50,059 nt of DNA from a virus (taxonomy: Duplodnaviria; Caudoviricetes). Position numbers and translations under genes: made by a program. Below are positions 28,496-38,230 of the stretch, in pieces. Positions within the stretch are counted from its first letter, which is position 1. The number at the start of each line of letters is the position of its first letter. Below the pieces are notes generated by a model. That model made no database searches. It was not told the origin of the DNA and worked only from the letters and a program-made list of their open reading frames with translations. Location of the stretch: IMG/VR virus record IMGVR_UViG_3300017747_000841, positions 1-50,059 of that record; one strand, 5' to 3'.

Positions 28496-31036
28496 TTACT
28501 CCCGCATAACCAGCGGATCATTGGCTCTTGCTTCTTCAGGAGAAATACCAGCCGCTCTAGCTTCTGCCGCACGCAATCTAGCCCTATAAGGCTTGAGTTC
28601 ATTTTGTACTGCTTCTTCTAGCCTTTTAACTTCAGCAGCGCCCTGAGCTTTCAGGTCTTTCATTTGCGGAGTAGCGTCTGGACCAAGCGGCATAGCAGCA
28701 TATTCAGCCGCTTTAGTGTAATTTTTGTTTTGTCTCAAATTAGATTGTAGCGCGGCAGTCATACGCTCAAGGTCGCTACCCGCAGCACGAACATTAGCCT
28801 CAAGCTGAGACTGTCCCCGCGACCTTTCCATAGCCGCAGTTTGTTCTCTTGTAGCCGCAACGGTGGCAGCATTTCTAACATTAGCCCCTTCTTCAGCCAT
28901 CCGGCGCTCTTCAAACCGACCACGTTGCTGTAGACGCTCACGCTGATAACTACCGCTTTCCCGAGTAATGTCTTTGTTAAGAGTGTCAAGCCGCTTGAGC
29001 GCTTCCATCTTCTGCTCGTAAGCTTTCTCTCGCAGACCAAGCTCCTCGTTGCGGCTAGCCTGATCCAGCTCGTAGACAATCCTGTCGAGTTCTTTGTTGG
29101 CCTTCTTAACTGCGCGAGCGTCATCAATGAGACCGGGGATTGCATCCCTTACAGCACCTGTCATCGCCACGAGAGTTGAGCCGGGGCGCGTAGCCATGTC
29201 AGCAAAAGCAGCAGCCATACGGAGGTCACGTTCACGCCGTGCTTCATCCGCACTATTAGCCCGCTCAGACATGATCTTTGCACGGTACTCATCAGCAGCC
29301 GTGTTAGCGGGACGGCCTTTCTTGAGATCAGCGAGGCGTTGTTCTTCCGTTTTTTCAGCTTCGGTTTTAGCTGGCGCTAGGCCAGCTTTGAGATCTTGAA
29401 TGTACGCAGGCTCGTCTCCCTCGCCCTCAAACGGATTAGCTGCGGGCAAACCGGGAGCAGCAGTATCAGTCTTAGTGGGAGCTGAAGCGGAAGCGGGGGC
29501 AGTAGCCGGAGCGGGCTTGTTACCAGCGGGGGGTTTAGCGCCTTTATCCTTGTCAGGATTTTCCGGCAAGCCTCTAAGCGCCAGCTCTTCTCGCGGGTCA
29601 GCAACACCGGGAAACTGTTCACGCAAACGAATTACATCGTAGTTGGGCGTATAAGAGGAAGGCTCTCTTCCTAATCCAGCGGCAGCAGCACGTGGTATTG
29701 CCCCAGCAACATCTAATGCGGCAGCGCCAAGACGGTCAGCAACAGTAGGCGAATTAGAGGGAATAGCTCGTTTGCGCTCCCTGCCCTCACGCATTGCCCG
29801 CTCTCGGCTTTTCCTAGCTTTTTCAGCTTCCGCAGCTTCGTCAATTGGTTCGTCGGTGCCTTCACTAAACGCAATGATCCCACCACCAGCCATACCGGGA
29901 CCGCGCTCGCGCAGGATGCGCTGCGCCATGCGCTTAATAGAGTCGCTCTGTGATTCCTTCAGATAGCGCTGAAGAGCCTCGGTGTCCATCTGTTCGAGAT
30001 CGCTCTCGACTTCGCCACCAACGTCGTACTCTTTGATCTGACCGCCTTCTTTCTTATAGGCGTTGTACAGCATCGCACCCGTACCCGCAGCACCAATACC
30101 TTGGGTCAAGAGGTTCGGCATCGCGCTGTACTGTTGAGTATTGACCGCTTGCATCGGCAGACCACGGAGCATGTTAGACATGAAGCCCAACTGCATCAGC
30201 GGATACTGCTGTGCATTAGCAAAGTCCTGCATCGACTGGTTGATCTTCTGCTGCTCAAGCTGACGCTGTTGAGCGCCCATCGCTGACTGAGCGTTATAGA
30301 TCCCTTGCTCAGCGCCGAGCCTCTGCCCACCGATAGATGCAAGTTGACCCGCGCCTTGTAGACGCCGAGACATATCCTGATTGAACTGATTAGCGCCTTG
30401 CTCGTAAGCAGTCTGATACCCGCGAGCACGGATATCACCAAGGCCCATGTTCAGATTGCGTTCGCGCTCAGCCCGCATAAGAGCATCACGGCTACCACCA
30501 AATCCACCGCGCCCAACAGCTTCAGCTTGCTGCTGCATCCCCTGCATAGCAGAGGTACGCATTGCTTCACGGATCTGGGGAGCCATCGCCGCTTCAATGT
30601 ACGGCGACATGTATTGGTTAGCAGCACCAGTATTCCACCCGCCCATACTGCCAATAGTGCCCATCGTGGCGGCGTCATACTCACCGGGCATCTGTAGACC
30701 AGCGATACCGCGCTGAGCCTGTTGTTCAAGAGGGGAGAACCCAGCTACGGCTTTACCGGGATCGTAACCAGTCTGATTGCCTTGCTCGTCGTACGTGCCG
30801 CCATAAGCTTTGTACGGTTGAAAGCCGGTGATATCGAACCCGCCACCTTCAGTCGGAGTACCTTTGAACAACTGCTTCTGGGTGGCACCCATCATCGTCT
30901 CGACATACGGTCGAGCGTATTCAGGGATATTAGTTTGATAAGAAGTACTTTGCGAAGGGCCACCCCCGCCGCCACCAAAGTTATAGGTACGGAGACCGTC
31001 CTTTGAGTAGCCGCTAAACTTATTCTTCAGGATCAT
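28496..31036 (-). CDS. Internal virion / DNA ejection protein
   Basis: N-terminal poly-Gly, Q/A/G-rich helical region, GGFGGSR, coiled coils; position among ejection genes. Confidence 0.7.
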   Translation of the reverse strand: MILKNKFSGYSKDGLRTYNFGGGGGGPSQSTSYQTNIPEYARPYVETMMGATQKQLFKGTPTEGGGFDITGFQPYKAYGGTYDEQGNQTGYDPGKAVAGFSPLEQQAQRGIAGLQMPGEYDAATMGTIGSMGGWNTGAANQYMSPYIEAAMAPQIREAMRTSAMQGMQQQAEAVGRGGFGGSRDALMRAERERNLNMGLGDIRARGYQTAYEQGANQFNQDMSRRLQGAGQLASIGGQRLGAEQGIYNAQSAMGAQQRQLEQQKINQSMQDFANAQQYPLMQLGFMSNMLRGLPMQAVNTQQYSAMPNLLTQGIGAAGTGAMLYNAYKKEGGQIKEYDVGGEVESDLEQMDTEALQRYLKESQSDSIKRMAQRILRERGPGMAGGGIIAFSEGTDEPIDEAAEAEKARKSRERAMREGRERKRAIPSNSPTVADRLGAAALDVAGAIPRAAAAGLGREPSSYTPNYDVIRLREQFPGVADPREELALRGLPENPDKDKGAKPPAGNKPAPATAPASASAPTKTDTAAPGLPAANPFEGEGDEPAYIQDLKAGLAPAKTEAEKTEEQRLADLKKGRPANTAADEYRAKIMSERANSADEARRERDLRMAAAFADMATRPGSTLVAMTGAVRDAIPGLIDDARAVKKANKELDRIVYELDQASRNEELGLREKAYEQKMEALKRLDTLNKDITRESGSYQRERLQQRGRFEERRMAEEGANVRNAATVAATREQTAAMERSRGQSQLEANVRAAGSDLERMTAALQSNLRQNKNYTKAAEYAAMPLGPDATPQMKDLKAQGAAEVKRLEEAVQNELKPYRARLRAAEARAAGISPEEARANDPLVMRE

Positions 31037-31440
31037 AATTTAATCCTCATCACCTGATGGGTGTTTTCCATGCCCATTTTCTCGTACATCTGGACTAGTG
31101 TTCCATTGGCCCAACATTGCGCCTTAGTAGCGCCGTAGGCTCGCATCCACTTCTTAGCTTCATCGAACACATAGTCTCTGACGATACCTTTACCGCCCAT
31201 CAGATTTACATGAGCTACGCGCTCTCGTGGGTAATCAATAAACTCAACGGTGACCGCGCCGGTAATCCCTTCGTTTGGCTCTTCCCAAACTAATAAGAAA
31301 ACACGCCCAGTGCGTACCGAATATTCTACCTGTTCAATCGTAATTACTTCAGGGTCAAGATCAATCGCTTTCTGCAAAAGAGGCGCAGCAATCGGCCAGA
31401 TATCAGGAAGAAAACGAGGATCTACATGGTGTAAAGGCAT
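31033..31440 (-). CDS. GNAT-fold protein of the virion module
   Basis: LLVW..GAVTVEFIDYP..VNLMGG..AKKWMRAYGA..YEKMG; typical position between ejection genes. Confidence 0.55.
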   Translation of the reverse strand: MPLHHVDPRFLPDIWPIAAPLLQKAIDLDPEVITIEQVEYSVRTGRVFLLVWEEPNEGITGAVTVEFIDYPRERVAHVNLMGGKGIVRDYVFDEAKKWMRAYGATKAQCWANGTLVQMYEKMGMENTHQVMRIKL

Positions 31441-31442
31441 GG

Positions 31443-32870
31443 TTAGCGGGGGATGAACTTGTCGGGGTTGATCTGTTTACCCTGCTTCGGATTGCCGGTT
31501 CGAGCCTTACGCACTTTATCCATCATGTGATGCAACTTCTTAGCTCCGGCGTCAGTAGAACCGTTACCAAGATGAGATACCACATCGGCGGGGATCACGA
31601 ACTCACCGTCTGCCAACCTAGCGGGCTGTCTACCGTTAATAGTAGCAGGTATGTCATCTGACATGCCATCCCCCGGACCCTTCAGCAGCCTAGGATTCCC
31701 ACCAGCGGCGTAGCCTCCGAGATGTGAAGCGCCCATGATCCCGCCTTGCGCAGCTTCCTGAAACTGCGGGCCTTCATCTTTCTTAGCCCCAGCCGGTCCC
31801 AAAGACAAGGAACCCAACCCCATAATCTTAGGTTGAGCTGGAGATGTCACGTTAGCCCGCTTGTTGGTCTTAGCCATCCGTATTTGTGCAGCGCGGTATG
31901 CGTCTAAGTTGCGGGTGTCGGGATCGTTGTCAGAGTAAATACCAACACTACCTTCAGGAGCAGGAGCATGTGAAGGCGCACGGCGCATCATCCGTTCATA
32001 GGTGCTGAGAAGTGCAGAGGTACTACCGCCTTCTGCCATACCCTCAACGTCGGTAAAGAAAGTCTGCGGCGCGACAGCACGCGCACGGGGTTCTTGCAGA
32101 CCTAACGTGTAATCAGGCTGAGGGATAGCCGCTTGGGGGTAGGTCGTCGCCCCGCCTGTCTCATACGGGTTGCGCATGGGGTTAGGCTTGTTATATTCAG
32201 TAACGCCACCTTCAGCCATTCTTTGATAGCTCGGGGTATATTGGAAGCCTCGTGGGTCAGCATGACTGCCTTGGAAGTTAGGCGACAGGCGGTACTTATC
32301 TAGGATACCGGGCGTATATCCGGTAGGACCACGACCGCCACGACCACCCAGAGCATTAGCGGCAAGAATGCCGCCCGTCAACGCCCAACCGGGATTCTTC
32401 TTAGCCCACGCAGTAGCTTTATCAAAGAAAGAAGGTTCAGGAGCGGTCGCCCTATCTAATCCGATTTGTTCCGAAGCCAAACCTGTCGGGTCAGCCATAG
32501 TAGCAGCAGGAGAACCAATAGGTACAGGTTCACCAAACGCAGAATAAGAAGTAGGAGATAGATTAGCCTGTATACCTCTAGTAGCTATTTGAGTAGCAAC
32601 AGGCTCAGTACCTACAGCAGCGCCAATTCCACCAGCAGCAGGGCTACTTGCCATCTGTGCAGCAATATTTTGATAGCCGGGAATTGATTGCAGACCAGCT
32701 TGCATACCCGCGCCCATCGCGGCTTCAGCACCACTTAGACCGGCAGCGGCTTCTCCAGCCCCGGCAGCACCAGCAGCGGCTTCTCCAGCACCAGCGAGTT
32801 CAGCGGCACCAAGCGCTTCGGCCCCACCTACGGCGGCTTCGGCAAGAATAAGATCATCTAGTACAAACAT
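31443..32870 (-). CDS. Internal virion protein with C-terminal GPGDGxSDxIPA-LADGEFV domain
   Basis: Ala/Gly-rich N-terminus, hydrophobic segment, several xxGG motifs; GGGGA RBS before ATG 32870. Confidence 0.7.
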   Translation of the reverse strand: MFVLDDLILAEAAVGGAEALGAAELAGAGEAAAGAAGAGEAAAGLSGAEAAMGAGMQAGLQSIPGYQNIAAQMASSPAAGGIGAAVGTEPVATQIATRGIQANLSPTSYSAFGEPVPIGSPAATMADPTGLASEQIGLDRATAPEPSFFDKATAWAKKNPGWALTGGILAANALGGRGGRGPTGYTPGILDKYRLSPNFQGSHADPRGFQYTPSYQRMAEGGVTEYNKPNPMRNPYETGGATTYPQAAIPQPDYTLGLQEPRARAVAPQTFFTDVEGMAEGGSTSALLSTYERMMRRAPSHAPAPEGSVGIYSDNDPDTRNLDAYRAAQIRMAKTNKRANVTSPAQPKIMGLGSLSLGPAGAKKDEGPQFQEAAQGGIMGASHLGGYAAGGNPRLLKGPGDGMSDDIPATINGRQPARLADGEFVIPADVVSHLGNGSTDAGAKKLHHMMDKVRKARTGNPKQGKQINPDKFIPR

Positions 32871-32883
32871 ATTAGTTCCCCGA

Positions 32884-34278
32884 TTACCTGCTGATTTCTT
32901 CCCAGTCCATAGACGCATGGACTTGGTCATTATTTGCGGAGGCAGTGACAGCTAGCGTAAGCTCATATGGTGTTGGTACAAACGGGTTGCGTTCTAGCTG
33001 AAATGCAAACAAAGCTTCTTTCAAGATGTCGATCGAGGTCGATCCTTGGTTTGAACCTTGGAAGTAACCAGAAGCCAATACCCGCCCAGTACCCACAGCA
33101 AATGTACCGCTAAGATTGTACTCAACCGCAGAGTTAGTTCCGGCGCTTGTCCAAGTCCCACCTGTTGTGGTGCCAGACGCCACAACCTGCCACAGATAGT
33201 TAGCGTTGTTGGTGATGCCAAGCAAAGAGATAGCGGTCAAGATAATAATTGCATCTAGCTTAGTCGTCTTTAACCTTAGCGACACAACCGTATAAGTCGT
33301 ACCCGCCGTAGTCAACGTACGAGGAGAGGTAATGGTTGTACCGACAGAAAGCTGTGCGCCGTTTAAGGTATACCCGCCCTCAGAGATCACCGTTGAACAC
33401 ACTTGTTTCAGTGTGCTGGAGGACGCAGTTACGGTGGCGTTAGTAATTTCATACCGAAGCGGTAGTGACGCAGTAGTGATGTAAGTGCTGGTTATCTCAT
33501 TGGCGTGGTTGAAGTTGTGTGCAGGGATAAAAATACCGTCGATTACAAAGCCGGTACGCACCGTGCCAACACCAAGCCACTCTATGTCCATATAAAGGAT
33601 TTGAGCTTTGGTCAGGTCAAGCGTAATCCCAGACGGGCCAGTACCATTCAGGGGATCTTGGTTCCAGTCGGCTTGTGCCACCTTAGTCTCAGTCATAGCT
33701 CCGGTGACAAAGCTACGTTCTACCATATACACCGTAGTAGTAGCGCCAGATGTGACTTGCTCTAGATAAATACCGTTGTCCGGACCAAAGTACCCGACAC
33801 GCTGGCGTAACCCAGTTTTAGTCGCGGCCATGATAAAGGTGTTCATCACCAACAGGCTTTTACCCGGTTGATACGAAAACACTTTGGTCGTTTCACGAAT
33901 GACTTCATCGCCGCTGGCTGTGCCAATAGTTATATCAACCAGACCTTGCGACGTATTAAAAGTAACAGTGGAAGAACCGCCGGTAATTTTACTGGACCAC
34001 AGATTGTTATCGGCATAGCGATGCGAAGAGTCGAACAACGTAAAAGGATTGCTGACCCGCAACCTGTTGAATGCGTCTACGTTTGTACCACCAATTGAGA
34101 TCGGGATCGGGGATGTAGTCGCCAAAATCTGCCCCAGTAAGTTGTCTAGTTGGTTAAAGTACAGGCGCAGGATGTTGTTGAACTGGTCCTGATACCGTTG
34201 TTCGTACTCAACCGGTGCAGTTGGTAAGCGCGGCGCAACGGCATTCTGAAGCGTGTACGTCGTGAAGATCGAACTCAT
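32884..34278 (-). CDS. Tail-tip/needle-like structural protein with beta-rich C-terminal domain
   Basis: N-terminal LPxAPxEY..LRLYFNQLD coiled segment; DAFNRLRVS..YQPGKS beta domain; follows the nozzle gene. Confidence 0.55.
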   Translation of the reverse strand: MSSIFTTYTLQNAVAPRLPTAPVEYEQRYQDQFNNILRLYFNQLDNLLGQILATTSPIPISIGGTNVDAFNRLRVSNPFTLFDSSHRYADNNLWSSKITGGSSTVTFNTSQGLVDITIGTASGDEVIRETTKVFSYQPGKSLLVMNTFIMAATKTGLRQRVGYFGPDNGIYLEQVTSGATTTVYMVERSFVTGAMTETKVAQADWNQDPLNGTGPSGITLDLTKAQILYMDIEWLGVGTVRTGFVIDGIFIPAHNFNHANEITSTYITTASLPLRYEITNATVTASSSTLKQVCSTVISEGGYTLNGAQLSVGTTITSPRTLTTAGTTYTVVSLRLKTTKLDAIIILTAISLLGITNNANYLWQVVASGTTTGGTWTSAGTNSAVEYNLSGTFAVGTGRVLASGYFQGSNQGSTSIDILKEALFAFQLERNPFVPTPYELTLAVTASANNDQVHASMDWEEISR

Positions 34279-36299
34279 CTACGCCCATCCGGTCGAACAT
34301 CGAGGCGGTTAACACCGATCTGCCACTGAGACCCCAACCCGTCAGACGATACCTTAAACGCCATCTGCCTGCCACGTGCGCGTACATACACCTGCTGAGT
34401 GAACTGCTGGATCGTGTACTGAGTCTGGCTGGTGTAGTTCTGCGTACTCTGCACGCTAGGATTGTTGTTGGTCGTCGTGTAGTTAGCGCCGGGGTTGGCA
34501 CGGGGGAGCATGGTCATGTATGCGTAAGGCTGATTCGCATTGGACCCGTTGAAGGTTATATCAGGGATCAGACGCCATACAAACCCAAAGTTATGCCCTT
34601 CGCCAATGTCGAAGTCTGAGGACTGAATGTAAGCATTAATGGGCACGGGCGTATTTGTCTCACCATCGTTTATCCCATTCTCATGGTAGACCAGCACATT
34701 ACCACTAGTAGTCGCCATAGGATTAGTACGAAGAGGACTATCACACCACGCCGTACGCTCCATAGAACCGTAGTACCAGATGCGCTCAAGGTGGTTATAG
34801 ATAACGTAGCGGTCGATTACAGTTGATCCCGCCGAGCAGTAGAACCACCAGACCTCAGAGAATCCTTCGTTTGTACCCGCAAAGAACTGATCCGACTGGG
34901 TCATATTCATGTTGTTAAAGACGTAGCTTCTGACCGCAGAAGGTAAAGTTTCGACGCGCCCAGAGTACATGTAGAACTTGTCAACCCCCATCCAGTAGAC
35001 AATGTTGTTGACCGCCACAGCCGCATTCTGGCTGATGATGGAGATGTTGTCGGCAAGAAGCTGAGACCCCCAAACGTACGGCGGGCCAAGGTATTGCAGA
35101 GAGTAGATAGCCGCATCGGTCCAGACAATGATCTCCTGCCTAGACTGGAGCGCAGTGATGATCTGTGAGCCGTGGCTCAGGCGCAGGTCGCCCGCTTGGT
35201 TTGACGCAAGGTTTGGCCCCCACAGCAAAATGTTTTCTTGGTCAGACCAACGAATCTGCATAGGGTCTAGGTCGGTCGTCGCGTAGGTGCCGGTAGGATC
35301 GTTACAGCCAAACGCCAGTACAAAGCGCGATGTGTCAGACACCATGACGAAGTTACAGAGCGACGGGCAATAGGCGTCCGTCTGCCACCATGCTTCCGTG
35401 CCGCTAGTAGAAGCTTGAGTGTTGGTGTTGGTCGAAGAAAGGATCTGCGCACGGTCAAACGTACTAGGCGAAGCGTTTACCACCCAGTAGTACAGCGCCC
35501 CACCTCGGGGGTTGATGATTAGGTTCTCACCGTAGTTAGCCTGACTCCAAAGCCGAAGCTGCACGGTAATGCCAAGTCCATCAGGTGCAGGTGACCCCCA
35601 TCCCGTACTTGGATAACCAGTTGTAACCCCACCCCACCCACCAGCACCCCAGCCCGGAGCAATCGTACCAATATCAGAGCCGGTGTTGATTTGATACGCA
35701 CCGATTGTAGCCGCACCACCATTCCCAATATCAGAAGCGTTAGCAGTGACAGTAACATTGCTAGTATCCCGCGCTGTGATGGTGTAGGTACTGCTAGAAA
35801 GGACTGTTACTACGCGGTACTCTTGATTTAACACTGCCGCAGTAATGTTGCCGCCAAGGCTAACCGCCCCACTATAAGTAACAAAGTCCCCGGCTACAGC
35901 GCCGTGCGCGGTGTCAGTAACAGTAATGGTGGATGAACCGTTAGAAGCGGCAAAGGTAACCGCACCGGCTGCGGTAGTTTCTCGTAGGGGGGTAACGTCG
36001 TAAAAAATACCGCCAACACCGTTCTGAATATAAAACTTCAGGTTAGTGCCAAGCCCTGCGAGATTGAAAAAGGATAGCGTTACCCAGTTCCAGATGGAGC
36101 GGCACGTACCCCAGAATGAGCCGGTAGGCGGCTGTAGCGCAGAGTTAGTTGACCCCGTATCCCGAGTCCAGCCACCGATCTTCTCGGCATTGCCAGAACG
36201 AAAACGGATCTTATCGCCGTCAAACCAACCGCCTTCATTGGACAAGCTAGTCCCTTCGCGGTTGATACCGGGCCGGAATTTTAGCTCTTTGAGGGGCAT
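34275..36299 (-). CDS. Tail nozzle / DNA-stabilisation protein (P22 gp10 / tail tubular B-like)
   Basis: 674 aa, beta-propeller-like, IRWSDQEN, VYWMG..FYMYSG, EVWWFY; inserted Thr-rich beta domain. Confidence 0.7.
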   Translation of the reverse strand: MPLKELKFRPGINREGTSLSNEGGWFDGDKIRFRSGNAEKIGGWTRDTGSTNSALQPPTGSFWGTCRSIWNWVTLSFFNLAGLGTNLKFYIQNGVGGIFYDVTPLRETTAAGAVTFAASNGSSTITVTDTAHGAVAGDFVTYSGAVSLGGNITAAVLNQEYRVVTVLSSSTYTITARDTSNVTVTANASDIGNGGAATIGAYQINTGSDIGTIAPGWGAGGWGGVTTGYPSTGWGSPAPDGLGITVQLRLWSQANYGENLIINPRGGALYYWVVNASPSTFDRAQILSSTNTNTQASTSGTEAWWQTDAYCPSLCNFVMVSDTSRFVLAFGCNDPTGTYATTDLDPMQIRWSDQENILLWGPNLASNQAGDLRLSHGSQIITALQSRQEIIVWTDAAIYSLQYLGPPYVWGSQLLADNISIISQNAAVAVNNIVYWMGVDKFYMYSGRVETLPSAVRSYVFNNMNMTQSDQFFAGTNEGFSEVWWFYCSAGSTVIDRYVIYNHLERIWYYGSMERTAWCDSPLRTNPMATTSGNVLVYHENGINDGETNTPVPINAYIQSSDFDIGEGHNFGFVWRLIPDITFNGSNANQPYAYMTMLPRANPGANYTTTNNNPSVQSTQNYTSQTQYTIQQFTQQVYVRARGRQMAFKVSSDGLGSQWQIGVNRLDVRPDGRR

Positions 36300-36341
36300 G
36301 GTTTTCTCTTAGCAAATAAGTGCGGTAACGTGCCTACTAAA

Positions 36342-37916
36342 TTAAGAAATGCGAACCCAAAGACCGGCAAAATAATAGTAATTAAACCCGCCAGCCCCAT
36401 CATCCTGCTTCCAATTCCCCGGACGCCCCATGCACCGCCATGTGCCAGATAACGCGGTACCCCCCGCAGTCCATGAAGTCGTGTTATACGCGTATGCGTA
36501 AGCACTAAACTCACCGCCAGATAGACTAGAAGAATAACCTGCAACTGTTGGGTTGTATCGTAAATCAGATCCACTAACTGTGCTGCCAATACTAATCGGA
36601 AGCGTTGGAGAGCCTGTGGCAGTTGTATTGGCAACAGCATAATAAGCAGCGATTACACTACCAACCGAATCTACCGACGCTGGCGCAGAATTAAACCCCC
36701 CAGTAGCAGTTACCGACCCGGTAGCAGTTATCGATCCGGCAAACGTAGCGTTGCCGCTACTATCAATAGTTAATCGCCCGACTCCGCCTGTGGCGATATT
36801 CACAGACGACCCACCGACGGTGAGCATGGCGTACGCCGCTAGATTAGCAGTAGTTGCTTCAACGGTAGCGCCAGCACTAGCGCTTGAATAGCCCCTCATA
36901 CGAAGAGCGCTAGTATCTGCTACAACTACAAATCCGTTGTTGCCGTCAGAGTTATAAGTAACTAACTTTCCGTAAGTGCTCGGACTAGCTGTATTAACGC
37001 CGACATTACCAGCGTTATCAATACGCATCCGCTCAGTTACGCTGGAAGCTCCGTCTGCGGTAGTTGAAAAGGTAAGACGCCCCGGCATGTCACTAGCACC
37101 GGGGGTACCATCTACTACCGCACTAATTTCTGCGCCGGATCTGTATGCCGAACCGTCATAACCAAGGAACCTAACAGTCCCAAGCGTATCGCTGTTTGCT
37201 ACTATTGCTTCCGTTCCCGAACCGCCGTTATTAGCTTTATAAAAGTTAAAGAATGATCCGGCGGCGTTCGTGTAGATGTTACGAGCGCTTATTGAAGATA
37301 CCGAATTAACGGCATAGACATCGAACGTCCCAGAGTTAAACGCCGCCGTCCGCACCCCGTTTGAGGTGATATTCAGTTGCTCTGCACCTGCACTATAAAT
37401 ACCGGTGTTAGCGTCACCGATAAACGACAGGCTCGGCGCAGCGGCAGTGCCAAGGGAGAGGGAAAGCGTAGCGGGGCTTGCTTTGTAGAAGCTCTTCCCG
37501 TCGCTGAAGACATACGCTTTTTCACCCGCAGCAAGATCTACCCCTGTACCCGCAGGCGTTGTGTTCCCGGTCGAAGTCGAGTTGTAGATCGTTGCCGTAT
37601 AGGAAGTGTTGTTGTAGATCGCGTAGGTTTTGCTAATAGGGCTGGGGGTGAGCGTATTGTTGCCGGGAGCGTAGACCGCAAAGTTAGCAGCGGTCGTAGT
37701 AGTCAGGATGAGGATAGCCATCCGAGACTCATCGGTGGCGTAGTTAACTGCTGACAATGCTTGCGGTGAAGCTGTCACCGAGACGTTAGATACCCCCGCA
37801 ATAGAACCTTCTAGCAGCGTGCCAAGGTTGGTGTTGGTCGTGTCACCCCAGTTGCCGGGTTGGTCCCCGTCACCCATGAGTTCAAGACGGAGGATTGTGG
37901 ATGCGGTGCTTGTCAT
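36342..37916 (-). CDS. Tail fibre protein
   Basis: N-terminal WGDTTNTNL anchor, APSLSF.GD.NTGIY, ERMRIDNAGNVG repeats, C-terminal LSGTWRCMG tip. Confidence 0.8.
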   Translation of the reverse strand: MTSTASTILRLELMGDGDQPGNWGDTTNTNLGTLLEGSIAGVSNVSVTASPQALSAVNYATDESRMAILILTTTTAANFAVYAPGNNTLTPSPISKTYAIYNNTSYTATIYNSTSTGNTTPAGTGVDLAAGEKAYVFSDGKSFYKASPATLSLSLGTAAAPSLSFIGDANTGIYSAGAEQLNITSNGVRTAAFNSGTFDVYAVNSVSSISARNIYTNAAGSFFNFYKANNGGSGTEAIVANSDTLGTVRFLGYDGSAYRSGAEISAVVDGTPGASDMPGRLTFSTTADGASSVTERMRIDNAGNVGVNTASPSTYGKLVTYNSDGNNGFVVVADTSALRMRGYSSASAGATVEATTANLAAYAMLTVGGSSVNIATGGVGRLTIDSSGNATFAGSITATGSVTATGGFNSAPASVDSVGSVIAAYYAVANTTATGSPTLPISIGSTVSGSDLRYNPTVAGYSSSLSGGEFSAYAYAYNTTSWTAGGTALSGTWRCMGRPGNWKQDDGAGGFNYYYFAGLWVRIS

Positions 37917-37925
37917 GATGAATCC

Positions 37926-38222
37926 TTAGCTTCGGCTCAGCAGAGCAATAAGTGCCTGCTTTTGTTCTTCCGACAACCCTGCCAACACGGACATGGGGTC
38001 TACCTCAGTAGGAGGTTCAGCGGGAGGCGCAGGTTCAAGTACCCAGACCTGACGCCATATACCATCGTGATCTTGCTGCGGGGCTTGCTCAACGGCAATC
38101 ATACCCGGTTCTGACGGGATAGGGCTAGGCATAACTAGAGGGATGCCCGCTTCTAGAAGCGCTGATGTGTTTACGGTCTCAGGAATAGAACCGTCTGGCT
38201 GAAGAAGATATTGTTTCGGCAT
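37926..38222 (-). CDS. Small protein, possible tail-fibre chaperone
   Basis: Directly downstream of a fibre gene; WRQVW motif. Confidence 0.5.
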   Translation of the reverse strand: MPKQYLLQPDGSIPETVNTSALLEAGIPLVMPSPIPSEPGMIAVEQAPQQDHDGIWRQVWVLEPAPPAEPPTEVDPMSVLAGLSEEQKQALIALLSRS

Positions 38223-38230
38223 GATTTATC

